A stretch of DNA of 64,000 nt, from contig CAVRXX010000030.1 of NCBI GenBank assembly GCA_963725195.1, positions 12,261 to 76,260 on the forward strand, written 5' to 3'. This document shows, piece after piece, positions 1-8,800 of the stretch. This stretch comes from an uncultured Alphaproteobacteria bacterium (GTDB taxonomy: Bacteria > Pseudomonadota > Alphaproteobacteria > Rhizobiales > Beijerinckiaceae). Both the position numbers and the translations under genes were made by a program. Under the pieces are notes generated by a model. The model worked only from the letters and a program-made list of their open reading frames with translations. It searched no databases and was not told the DNA's origin. The number at the start of each line of letters is the position of its first letter. Position 1 is the first letter of the stretch.

Positions 1-670
1 CGATTGGATGTGCCTCATCGCCAACACCAGCGACGGACCCAAACATCGCAACAAGTCGCTGATCTGCGTGCCGATGAAAACGAAGGGGGTGACGGTTGCG
101 CGCAAGCTCGACAAGCTCGGCATGCGCGCGTCCGACACGGCGCAGATTTTCTTCGAGGGCGTGAGGGTTCCGAAGCGCAACCGCATCGGCGACGAGGGCA
201 AGGGCTTCGTCTACCAGATGATGCAGTTCCAGGAAGAGCGGCTGTGGGTGGCGGCGTCCTGCCTCAAGGCGCACGAGCACACGATCGCCGAGACGATCGC
301 CTATACGCGCCAGCGCAAGGCCTTCGGGCGCACCATCCTCGACAATCAGACGGTGCACTTCAGGCTCGCCGAATTGCAGACGGAGATCGAGCTCCTGCGC
401 TCGCTGATCTATCGCGCCGCGGAGGCGATGATCGAGGGCGCCGACGTGACGCAACTGGCGTCGATGGCGAAGCTCAAGGCGGGTCAGTTGGGACGCGAAT
501 TGCCGAGCGCCTGCCTGCAATATTGGGGCGGCATGGGATACATGAACGAGACGCCGGTGAGCCGCGCCTTTCGCGACGGCCGCCTTGCGTCGATTGCGGG
601 CGGCGCCGACGAGGTGATGCTGACGATCCTGTGCAAGGGCATGGGGACCTTGCCGGGAATGGGGCAGTAG
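1..670 (+). CDS. Acyl-CoA dehydrogenase, C-terminal part (5' truncated by window)
   Basis: ORF 8..670 has ACAD motifs KLGMRASDTAQIFFE, RKAFGRTI, CLQYWGGMGYM and IAGGADEVM; the frame is open to the window edge. Confidence 0.92.
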   Translation, partial: DWMCLIANTSDGPKHRNKSLICVPMKTKGVTVARKLDKLGMRASDTAQIFFEGVRVPKRNRIGDEGKGFVYQMMQFQEERLWVAASCLKAHEHTIAETIAYTRQRKAFGRTILDNQTVHFRLAELQTEIELLRSLIYRAAEAMIEGADVTQLASMAKLKAGQLGRELPSACLQYWGGMGYMNETPVSRAFRDGRLASIAGGADEVMLTILCKGMGTLPGMGQ

Positions 671-757
671 CGCGGTGTAGACGCGATCGTTGATCGCGAC
701 AGCCGCGCTCCAAAGGGCGTTCGGAAGAACGCCGTCCTCGACGGGCTAGGAACGCGG

Positions 758-1070
758 CTACAGCGCCGCGTCGCGGCGGCGGAGCTCCGCCTCCACCCGC
801 TCGAGCGCGTCGCGCAAAGCCTGCGCCTTGGCCAAGGTGCCCAAATTGTCCTGCGCCGGCTTTGCGCCCCGCGGCTCGGCCTTGCCGCGCATCTCGCGCG
901 CCTGGCGCGTTCCGATTCCCCTGGCGCGATCGTGCGCCTCCCGCAGGCGACGAGCGGCGGCCTTGAGCTCTTCGACGGACTGGCGCGTCGATTTCCGGCG
1001 GCCTGGTGACAGCGACCAGCTCGAGCTCGGCGGCGGTCAGGAGCCGAGCTTCCAGTTTCGCATCATTCAT
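758..1070 (-). CDS. Small conserved-looking hypothetical protein, one apparent frameshift near 990
   Basis: Starts MNDAKLEARLLTAAELELV. A second frame continues ELKAAARRLREAHDRARGIGTRQAREMRGKAEPRGAKPAQDNLGTLAKAQALRDALERVEAELRRRDAAL to TAG at 758-760. Confidence 0.55.
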
Positions 1071-1229
1071 CCGAAGCTCCTGATCTGGCGGCGCCGCGTC
1101 GGAGACGGCGCGAAACCCATTTTAGTTTATTCTTGAATGTGCCGCCATCGCGGTCGCCGCGCCGCTTCGCTCGACGTTGCCCGCTGAGAAGCGGCGGGAT
1201 AGGATTGCGGCTCAAAAGGGAGGTTGGTC

Positions 1230-1784
1230 ATGGCGACGTTGCTTTCTTGGACCAGCGTCGGAATTGGCGATCTCGACATCTTTGTCCCATCGCCGCCGTG
1301 CTTGGTCGTCTATACGTCCTACGCCGATGATAAGCCCGAGAGTTCGGTGACCTATTTCTGGCAGGACGAGAACACCGGCCAGCTCCATCACGAGCTGGTC
1401 TACCAGCAGCCGGTTTCGTTCGACACTGCGGTGACGTGGGCGCAGGAGCATGCGCCGACGCGCAGCGTCGAGCGGATCCACGTCAAGCACGCGCGGGCGA
1501 AGAAGGCCGTCGAACCAAAGGCGAGGGCAAAGCCTGTCGCGAGAAAGGGGACGGCGAAGAAGGCGCCGGCCAAGAAGACAGCGGCCAAGAAGACAGCGGC
1601 AAGGAAGGCGGCGCCCGCGAAGAGGTCCCCGGCGGTCAGGGGGCGAACGGAGGAAGGCTTAGGGAGCGCGATTGGAGCCGTCCCATTCCCACCTGACCTC
1701 GTCCGAGGGTGTGAGCGAGGAGGTGGGCCGCGCGCTCTGAGCCGCCGAGTCGGGGCTTCGCGTTTCGCCGTCGCTCTGTTATGA
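1230..1784 (+). CDS. Hypothetical protein with histone H1-like Lys/Ala-rich tail (true end may be TAG at 1662 via an indel)
   Basis: GGGAGG RBS before ATG 1230. A globular N-terminal ~85 aa is followed by AKKAPAKKTAAKKTAARKAAPAK. Confidence 0.65.
   Translation: MATLLSWTSVGIGDLDIFVPSPPCLVVYTSYADDKPESSVTYFWQDENTGQLHHELVYQQPVSFDTAVTWAQEHAPTRSVERIHVKHARAKKAVEPKARAKPVARKGTAKKAPAKKTAAKKTAARKAAPAKRSPAVRGRTEEGLGSAIGAVPFPPDLVRGCERGGGPRALSRRVGASRFAVALL
1568..1612 (+). repeat. Coding 15-nt tandem repeat (GGCCAAGAAGACAGC x2 plus one degenerate copy) encoding AKKTA units
   Basis: Read directly in the sequence. Confidence 0.7.
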
Positions 1785-1956
1785 GGCGGCGCGCCCATTG
1801 CGGATCGTCAGCGCGGACAAGGATTTCGTCATGCCGCTGACGGCGAGTTGCTTGCGCAGCGTCTTGCCCAACGCGAATTGACGGCGTCGTCACGGGGCGC
1901 GGCAAGCGCTGCGATGCGCCGCAGACCCAACATTCACCTCCCCAAAGGCTCCTTCC

Positions 1957-3251
1957 ATGACTCCCGCCGCCCGCGCCGCCGCCGCGATCGAAGTTTTGAC
2001 GGATATCGACTCCCGTCGCCGGCCCGCGAACGGACGCGATGAAGGATTGGGGCTTGTCGCACCGCTTCGCGGGCTCGGGCGATCGGGCGGCGATATCGGC
2101 GCTCGTCTATGACGCGCTGCGCCGGAAAAGCTCGTCCGCCTGGATCATGGGCGAGCCAAGTCCGCGCGCCGAAGTGCTCGGCGCGCTCAGACAGACGCGC
2201 GATCTCGGCGTCGAGGCGATCGCCGCTTTGTTCACCGGCGAGGGCCACGCTTCCGCGAAGCTCACGGAGGGCGAAGTTGCGCGGCTCACAGCCGCGGACT
2301 TATCGGGCGCGCCCTCGCATGTGATCGGAGATTTCCCCGAATGGCTTGCGCCTCAGTTCGAGGCGAGCTTCGGCGCCGCCGCTGCGGAGGAGGGCAGGGC
2401 GCTCGCCGAGCGCGCGCCGGTCGACCTGCGCGTGAACACTCTCAAGACCAATCGCGACAAGGCGCTCGCGCGCGCTCGCCCATCTCAAGCCCGAGCCGAC
2501 GCCGCTCTCTCCCGTGGGCCTGCGCATCGCCATGCGCCCGGACGGCCGCGCGCCGCCGCTCGCGTCCGACCCGGCCTACGTCAAGGGCCTCGTCGAGTTG
2601 CAGGACGAGGGCTCGCAGCTTGCCGCGCTCCTCGCGGAGGCCAAGCCCGGCATGCAGGTCCTCGACCTTTGCGCGGGCGCGGGCGGCAAGACGCTGGCGC
2701 TCGCCGCCGCGATGGAGAACCAGGGACAGATCTACGCCGCCGACCCCGACTCGCATCGCCTTGCGCCGATCTTCGCGAGGCTCGCCCGCTCGGGCGCTCG
2801 CAATGTCCAGGTGCGGGCGCCGAAAGGCCAAGCGGACGTGCTCGCCGACCTCGACGGGCGGTGCGATCTGGTGCTGATCGACGCGCCATGCACGGGCTCC
2901 GGCGCCTGGCGGCGCAATCCCGACGCCAAATGGCGCATTCGTCCCGGCGCGCTCGAGCAGCGCATCAAGGATCAGGACGAGACGCTCGAAAGCGCGTTGC
3001 GTTTCGTCAAGCCGGGCGGGCGCATCGTCTATGTGACCTGCTCCGTCCTGCGCGCCGAGAACGAGGACCGGATCGCCGAGTTCATGCGCCGCCACGACGA
3101 TCTCTTGCCGATCGACGCCGCGGCGCAAGCGCGGTCCGCGGGCTTGCCGGCGCTGGCGGAGCATCAATCGACGCTCGGCCCCGGCTTCCGTCTCAGCCCG
3201 AGAACGACCGGCACGGACGGGTTCTACATCGCGAGCTTGGCCAGGATGTGA
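1957..3251 (+). CDS. RsmB/Fmu (NOL1/NOP2/Sun) SAM-dependent RNA m5C methyltransferase; frameshifts near 2030 and 2475
   Basis: Three frames join as MTPAARAAAAIEVL..., MKDWGLSHRFAGSGDRAAI... and ...LQDEGSQLAA, VLDLCAGAGGKTL, LIDAPCTGSG, YVTCSVLRAENE, TDGFYIA. Confidence 0.88.
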
Positions 3252-3448
3252 AAGGGCCGAGTCTTATATGCGTTGCGGGCTTTCGAGGCGGAGCCAAGGG
3301 AAGGAGAAGATCTACCGAGCGCATCGAACCGATCCCAAGCCTGCCCTTCGAGTATTGGCTCGGGGACGGAATCCTTTGGCTCGCTCAACATATAACCAGC
3401 GCTTCGACGGCTTTTGTGCTAAGCCGCATGATGCCCGGAGGGTGCGCC

Positions 3449-5332
3449 ATGAGCGAAACCCGGAAGATTGCGGCGATTCTGGTCTCGGATGTGGTCGGTT
3501 ACAGCCGGCTGGCTGGCGCGGACGAAGATCGAACTCTGGCGCGACTGCGCGCGCTGCGCAGCGATCTGATCGATCCCACGATCTCCGTGCACCATGGCCG
3601 CATCGTCAAGCGCACCGGCGACGGCAGCGTCATCGAGTTCCGCAGCGTCGTCGACGCCGTGCGCTGCGCGCTCGAAGTGCAGCACGCCATGGTCGAGCGC
3701 AATGCGGGGGTCGCGCCCGACAAGCGCATAGAATTTCGCATCGGCATTCATTTGGGCGACGTCGTCGAGGAGAGCGACGGCGACCTGATGGGCGACGGCG
3801 TCAACATCGCCGCGCGTCTTGAGGGCATCGCCAAGCCCGGCGCCATCTGTCTTTCCGAGGACGCCTACCGGCAGGTGAGCGGCAGGCTCGATATGTCGGT
3901 CACCGATCTCGGCCCAACGCAACTCAAGAACATCGAAAGGTCGATCCGGGTCTATTCACTGCAAGTCGGCGTCCCCGCGCAGGCAACGCCCGCGATGGAA
4001 GCGAAGTCGGACGAGCCGAAACAGCGTTCGCGGCAGGCGCCCCTTGGCGCGGGGATCATCGCGCTCATCTTAATCGTCGGCGGCGCTTGGTATTTCCTCG
4101 CTGGAAACCGAACCGCGCCCATCGCGACCACGCCGCGGCCGGCGGAGGCTGCGCATCTTTCCATCGTCGTGCTGCCATTCACCAATCTCTCCAACGATCC
4201 TGCCCAAGACTATTTCGCTGACGGCGTCACCGAAAACCTCACCACTGATCTCTCGCGCATTCGCAACAGCTTTGTGATCGCGCGCAATACAGCCTTCACC
4301 TTCAAGGGCAAGAGCATCGACGCCAAGGAGATCGGCAAGGAACTCGGGGTGCGGTACGTCCTCGAAGGCTCGGTGCAGCGCGATCAAAACCGCGTGCGCG
4401 TCAACGCTCAGCTCATCGACGCCGCGTCTGGCGCGCATCTCTGGGCCGACCGCTTCGAGGAGGACGCGTCCGACCTGTTCAAGCTGCAGGATCAGGTGGT
4501 GGCGCGATTGGCCAATAGTCTGGGTTACGAACTCGTCAGGGCGGAAGCGGAAAAAGGCGGCCGCTCCAAAAACCCCGACGCCATCGATCTGACTATGCGC
4601 GGTCAGGCGTTGTTGCAGCAGGCAACGATTACGAAGGACAACAACGACGCGGCGCGCACGTTGTTCGAGCAAGCGCTCAAGACCGACCCCAACGATGGCA
4701 GCGCGCTGACGGGCGATGCTCGCACCTATATGCTCGACTATGTATTCGGATGGACGAATCCCCAGACCGACTATGATGCGAAAATAATCGCGCAGGCAGA
4801 CAGGGCTCTTGGGCTCGTCCCCGATAACTGGTGGGCGTATTACGCGAAGTGCACTTACCTGTACCACCTTTCGCAGCGCGAGAAGGAAGCGCTCGGCGCC
4901 GCCGATGCCGCTCTCGCCGTCAATCCAAATGCTGCTCTGCTCTACGAGTGCCGAGCCGTCACCGAAACTGGGCTCGGCCGTTTCGAACAAGCCAAGTCCG
5001 ATCTGCGGCAAGCGATGCGACTGAGTCCGCGCGATCCGAATATGGGTTTTTGGATTTTCGCGATCGCCGATGTGGAACTCGGACAGGGTCACTACGCTGC
5101 CGGGATCGACGGAATTCACAACGCGATCGAAGCCGGTTTTCGAAACTTCATACCGTACGCCGACCTCGCCGCCGCCTACGCGCTCGACCGCAGGACGGAC
5201 GAGGCTAAGTCGCCCTTGGCGGAAGCCCGCCGCCTCAATCCCAATCTCACGGTCAAATGGTTTATTGCGCATGCGCCGAACGTCCCGTGGACGATCGAAG
5301 GCCTGCGCAAGGCGGGGCTGCCGGAGGAGTGA
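3449..5332 (+). CDS. Class III adenylate/guanylate cyclase with TM helix, TolB-N-like domain and TPR repeats
   Basis: MSETRKIAAILVSDVVGYSRL, GDGVNIAARLE, hydrophobic LGAGIIALILIVGGAWYFL, SIVVLPFTNLS..DYFADGVTE, then TPR-like helices. Confidence 0.9.
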   Translation: MSETRKIAAILVSDVVGYSRLAGADEDRTLARLRALRSDLIDPTISVHHGRIVKRTGDGSVIEFRSVVDAVRCALEVQHAMVERNAGVAPDKRIEFRIGIHLGDVVEESDGDLMGDGVNIAARLEGIAKPGAICLSEDAYRQVSGRLDMSVTDLGPTQLKNIERSIRVYSLQVGVPAQATPAMEAKSDEPKQRSRQAPLGAGIIALILIVGGAWYFLAGNRTAPIATTPRPAEAAHLSIVVLPFTNLSNDPAQDYFADGVTENLTTDLSRIRNSFVIARNTAFTFKGKSIDAKEIGKELGVRYVLEGSVQRDQNRVRVNAQLIDAASGAHLWADRFEEDASDLFKLQDQVVARLANSLGYELVRAEAEKGGRSKNPDAIDLTMRGQALLQQATITKDNNDAARTLFEQALKTDPNDGSALTGDARTYMLDYVFGWTNPQTDYDAKIIAQADRALGLVPDNWWAYYAKCTYLYHLSQREKEALGAADAALAVNPNAALLYECRAVTETGLGRFEQAKSDLRQAMRLSPRDPNMGFWIFAIADVELGQGHYAAGIDGIHNAIEAGFRNFIPYADLAAAYALDRRTDEAKSPLAEARRLNPNLTVKWFIAHAPNVPWTIEGLRKAGLPEE

Positions 5333-5476
5333 ACGACATCCGAGCCGGCGACATTGGCTGGGCGAGCGGCTGCCATCCCTCAAAATGAGTGAACGTCGAA
5401 ACCGGTCGACCTGATTAGGCTTGATCCTAGGCCGGGCGGCCTTCAGGGAGGCCGGCGACAGTCCGTCTTTACGTCG

Positions 5477-5489
5477 TAATTCATTGATT
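5477..5489. promoter_or_regulatory. IHF consensus site upstream of the orphan HTH gene
   Basis: TAATTCATTGATT matches YAANNNNTTGATW (reverse of WATCAANNNNTTR) inside an AT-rich tract. Confidence 0.45.
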
Positions 5490-5533
5490 TGACAGATATT
5501 TTTCAAGACAAACCCAAATCGCATCGACATTTG

Positions 5534-5562
5534 TTTGTGTTTTGCAGAAGATTTGCTATTAT
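5534..5562 (+). promoter_or_regulatory. Putative sigma70 promoter of the HTH gene
   Basis: TTGTGT-16nt-TATTAT in an AT-rich stretch; the CAGAAGATTTGCTAT core resembles 43932-43947. Confidence 0.4.
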
Positions 5563-5605
5563 ATCTCCTTTTACCCGATATCCGAGTCACGGAAGGAGAG
5601 GTTGC

Positions 5606-6220
5606 ATGGTTGAACAACAGGCGCCCGTTCGGCGCCGGCGGTTGGGCGCGCATGGCATGATGTTCCGGCGAAGACGCATCTTCGCCCAGTTGCGCGAGGG
5701 CTTCACCTATGACGAAATCGCGGCCGAGGAAGGCGTGAGTCCCTCACGCATCCGGCAGATCGTCTCCAAGGAGCTGCAGCAACGGGCGGTCGACAGCGGC
5801 GCCGAACATGCGAAGCTGCAATTGGACCGTCTCGCGCCTGCGGTGCAACTCGCGGCCGAGGGGATCGCGGCCGGCGACATCTCGGCGATCACCCCTTATC
5901 TCAAGGCGCTCGACCGGCTCGACCGTTACCAGACGGTCGCCAGCGCCAACCAGGTCTATGACGACGAAGCGCGCAAGAAGCTTTTGGATAAGATCAACCG
6001 CGTCGCCGCCAACCTCGGCATCGACGAGGCCTTCGCCGCGGCGGTGCAGGAGCACTTGAAGGCAATCGGCGAAATTCCCGCCGATGAGCCGGTCGAGGCC
6101 GACGGGGAGGGGGCGGAGCTTGCGGGAGCGCCCGAATTCACGGACGAGGCGAGCCCGCTCGAGACATCGCCTGCGGAGTTGGAGGCTGGCTCCGGATTTT
6201 TTGACTTAAATCGCTCGTAA
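5606..6220 (+). CDS. Orphan helix-turn-helix protein (204 aa), small-terminase-like architecture, acidic C-terminal tail
   Basis: AAGGAGAGG RBS before ATG 5606. HTH LREGFTYDEIAAEEGVSPSRIRQIV, then helical LQLDRL...IAAGDISAITPYLKALDRLDRY. Confidence 0.75.
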   Translation: MVEQQAPVRRRRLGAHGMMFRRRRIFAQLREGFTYDEIAAEEGVSPSRIRQIVSKELQQRAVDSGAEHAKLQLDRLAPAVQLAAEGIAAGDISAITPYLKALDRLDRYQTVASANQVYDDEARKKLLDKINRVAANLGIDEAFAAAVQEHLKAIGEIPADEPVEADGEGAELAGAPEFTDEASPLETSPAELEAGSGFFDLNRS

Positions 6221-6317
6221 CGCATTGAAAAGTCTCGATTCGGAAAAATAAACGCTAGTAAACGCTAGCACTTTTACTAGCGTTTATGCGCGTTTAGGAG
6301 GCGTTTACGCTCGTTTA
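6210..6317 (+). repeat. Dispersed structured repeat, copy 1 (IHF-like site, 15-bp hairpin, phased CGTTTA array)
   Basis: 6210-6286 aligns with 44079-44156 with 7 substitutions and 1 indel. Inverted repeat 6248-6262/6273-6287. CGTTTA at 6281, 6291, 6302, 6312. Confidence 0.9.
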
Positions 6318-6426
6318 TTTGCGCCGCGCGGGCGGTCGTCGTCGCGGCGCATCCGCGCGAATTCGGGCGGTCCAGGTTGAAGACGGCAACGTTTGACCGC
6401 CCCGCGGGCCAACCCTACATAAAGTC

Positions 6427-7425
6427 ATGACCCGGCTCATCGACCTGACCGAACCGCGACCGAGCCTGAGCTTGCGCCACCCCGAGAAGGCGCATCGGCC
6501 GGACCAGCCTGTCGCCCGGAAGCCGCCCTGGATCCGCGTGCGCGCTCCGGGCTCGCCCGTGTTCGCCGAGACAATGCGCCTGGTGCGCGAGTTCAAGCTT
6601 GCGACCGTTTGCGAGGAGGCGCGCTGTCCCAACATCGGCGAATGCTGGGACAAGCGCCACGCCACCTTCATGATCATGGGCGACACCTGCACGCGCGCCT
6701 GCGCCTTTTGCAATGTGCGCACCGGCCTGCCGGGCGCGCTCGACGAGGACGAGCCCGCGCGCGTCGCTGACGCGGTCGCCAAGCTCGGCCTTAGCCATGT
6801 CGTTGTGACCTCGGTCGACCGCGACGATCTTGCCGACGGCGGGGCGCGGCATTTTGCGCGAACGATCGGGGCCATTCGCCGCGCCGCCCCGCAAACGACG
6901 GTCGAGGTTCTGACGCCGGATTTCCTGCGCAAGGAGGGCGCGCTCGAAGAGGTCGTCGCGGCGAAGCCGGACGTGTTCAACCACAATCTCGAAACGGTGC
7001 CGTCGAAATATCTGACCGTGCGGCCGGGCGCGCGCTATTTTGCTTCGCTGAGGCTGCTCGAGCGGGCCAAGGAGTTGGACCCCTCGCTGTTCACCAAGTC
7101 GGGCATGATGGTGGGCCTCGGCGAACAGCGCAACGAAGTCCTGCAGGTGATGGACGACATGCGCGCGGCCAAGGTTGATTTCCTCACCATCGGCCAATAT
7201 CTGCAGCCGACGCCGAAGCACCACGCGGTCGAGCGGTTCGTCCCGCCCGAGGAGTTCGCCGATTACGCGACGATCGGGCTCGCCAAGGGGTTCCTGCTCG
7301 TGTCGTCGTCGCCGCTGACCCGCTCCTCGCACCACGCCGGCGACGATTTCGCGAGGCTGCGCGCCGCGCGAACGGCCCGGCTGAAGGCCGACAACGGCGT
7401 TGACCCGTCACCTATGAGGCTGTAG
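6427..7425 (+). CDS. lipA: Lipoyl synthase
   Basis: [12 protein letters not shown], radical [21 protein letters not shown]-terminal RSSHHA. Confidence 0.97.
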   Translation: MTRLIDLTEPRPSLSLRHPEKAHRPDQPVARKPPWIRVRAPGSPVFAETMRLVREFKLATVCEEARCPNIGECWDKRHATFMIMGDTCTRACAFCNVRTGLPGALDEDEPARVADAVAKLGLSHVVVTSVDRDDLADGGARHFARTIGAIRRAAPQTTVEVLTPDFLRKEGALEEVVAAKPDVFNHNLETVPSKYLTVRPGARYFASLRLLERAKELDPSLFTKSGMMVGLGEQRNEVLQVMDDMRAAKVDFLTIGQYLQPTPKHHAVERFVPPEEFADYATIGLAKGFLLVSSSPLTRSSHHAGDDFARLRAARTARLKADNGVDPSPMRL

Positions 7426-7455
7426 GGCAGGGCGCGCCTTCGACGGCCTCGAGGC

Positions 7456-7531
7456 GAGCGCGTAGCTCAATAGGTAGAGCATCTGACTTTTAATCAGAGG
7501 GTCGTGGGTTCGATTCCCACCGCGCTCACCA
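7456..7531 (+). tRNA. tRNA-Lys (anticodon UUU)
   Basis: GAGCGCG acceptor stem, TAGCTCAA D-arm, TCTGA-CTTTTAA-TCAGA anticodon arm, GGTTCGATTCC T-arm, encoded CCA. Confidence 0.97.
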
Positions 7532-7533
7532 CT

Positions 7534-7546
7534 TAACGCTTTGATT
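7534..7546. promoter_or_regulatory. IHF consensus site immediately 3' of tRNA-Lys (att-like context)
   Basis: TAACGCTTTGATT matches YAANNNNTTGATW. Confidence 0.45.
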
Positions 7547-7646
7547 GGTCGCTTACCGTCCGCCTATCTTAAGCAGCTCGACGAGAGCGATGCTCGCTTC
7601 GCCCGGGATTGCGGGACACTCAACTGCTCGATGCGCAAAGGCTGTT

Positions 7647-7805
7647 CTAGCGTTGCTGTGCGTTCAGTAACGCATCCAGCCGCCGTTCCTCCTGGAACTT
7701 CCGATACCCTGCGGCCGGATGATCCCCACCGAGCCGAGCGCCGCTGCCGAACAGTTTCTCGCGGAGGGTTCCAGGCTTGTAGTCGCGCTTGAAGGCTCCC
7801 CGACG
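7647..7805 (-). pseudogene. C-terminal remnant of an NtaA/DszA-type flavin-dependent monooxygenase
   Basis: RRGAFKRDYKPGTLREKLFGSGARLGGDHPAAGYR resembles the family C-terminus; the rest of the gene is absent. Confidence 0.6.
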
Positions 7806-7932
7806 CTCGCACCGGTCAGAGTTGAAGAGCCCCGATCGGCGATCGCACAGATCGTTCCAAGACATTGGATATGGCCATAAGGCAATGCCTGTGCATTAAT
7901 CGTCGTTCTCAATGTCGCTCCGAGAAGCCCTA

Positions 7933-8784
7933 ATGTCCCGTTTGATCAAACGCTTTCGTGTTGTCGTGACAGCGTTCGGCCTTGCTCTCCTCTCGCAAAG
8001 CGCTAAGGCCGAGGAACTGCCCCCGTTAAAATCGGCGATCGACGCGACTTTTGCCCCGCACGCCATGCCAAAGATAGGCGGCGGCCTCGAAGGCTTTAAC
8101 ATCGACGTCGTCGACGATATCTCCCGCCGGATCAAGCAGAAGATCGACGTCGAGGGCACGCAATTCGCCGGTCTCATTCCCGCGCTGCAGGCAGGCCGCT
8201 ACGACTTTCTGACAGCCGTCGTGACCGTAACGCCCGAACGCGCCAAGCAGATGCTGTTCATGGAGGGACTGGTCGACGCCGACTACCGCTTCTTAACGCT
8301 CAAGTCTGCTCCGGACATCCATTCGCTCGACGATCTCAAAGGCAAGACCATCGCCGTGCAGAAGGGCTCGATCTACGAGCAATGGGTGACCTCGCAAGCG
8401 GACAAGATGGGCTGGAAGCCGGTGTCCTTCGCGACCAGCACCGATGCAGTTTAGGCCGTGCTGAGCGGTCGAGCGGACGCCAATGTCTCGGCCGCCACGG
8501 TCGTCGCGTGGGTGGTGAAGAACAACCCGAGACTCAAGAACGCATATCTCTACAAGACGGGCCTCGTCTGGTCGATGCCGGTCCGCAACGACAACGTCCC
8601 GTTGCGCGACAAGCTCGAGAACGCGCTCGAGTGCATGAAGCTCGACGGCACCCTGAAGAAACTCTACGTGAAGTGGTTCGGCGTCGAGCCGGAGCCTGGG
8701 TCCGCCGCTCTCACCGTCTATCCCGGATATGGCGTGCCGGGCATGACGGGCTACGATCCGACGCCGCACAAGCCGCAGTGCTGA
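7933..8784 (+). CDS. Polar amino acid ABC transporter substrate-binding protein, interrupted by in-frame TAG at 8452-8454
   Basis: Signal peptide, [36 protein letters not shown]; continues in the same frame after the TAG (AVLSGRADA...KLYVKWFG). Confidence 0.82.
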
Positions 8785-8800
8785 CCGGCGGGATTTTCCG

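Noticed and set aside
2039-5332. 1097-aa ORF suggesting a methyltransferase-cyclase fusion
   Set aside because: A frameshift in the RsmB-type gene runs into the cyclase frame. The middle part is out-of-frame sequence, and each gene has its own start and stop.
4070-5653. Long antisense ORFs (also 22483-23763, 44298-46774, 48981-50033)
   Set aside because: These are typical high-GC shadow ORFs opposite well-supported genes and show no recognisable motifs.
6248-6290. Hairpin as a plain intrinsic terminator
   Set aside because: The stem is AT-rich with no clear U-tract, and a terminator would not explain the conserved upstream 40 nt or the phased array. A secondary terminator role is not excluded.
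6249-6317. Phased repeats as a mini-CRISPR array
   Set aside because: Repeats are 6 nt and linkers 4-5 nt; no cas genes are present.
8452-8454. Pyrrolysine or recoded amber codon
   Set aside because: No pyl genes are seen, and TAG ends other genes normally (e.g. 670, 7425).
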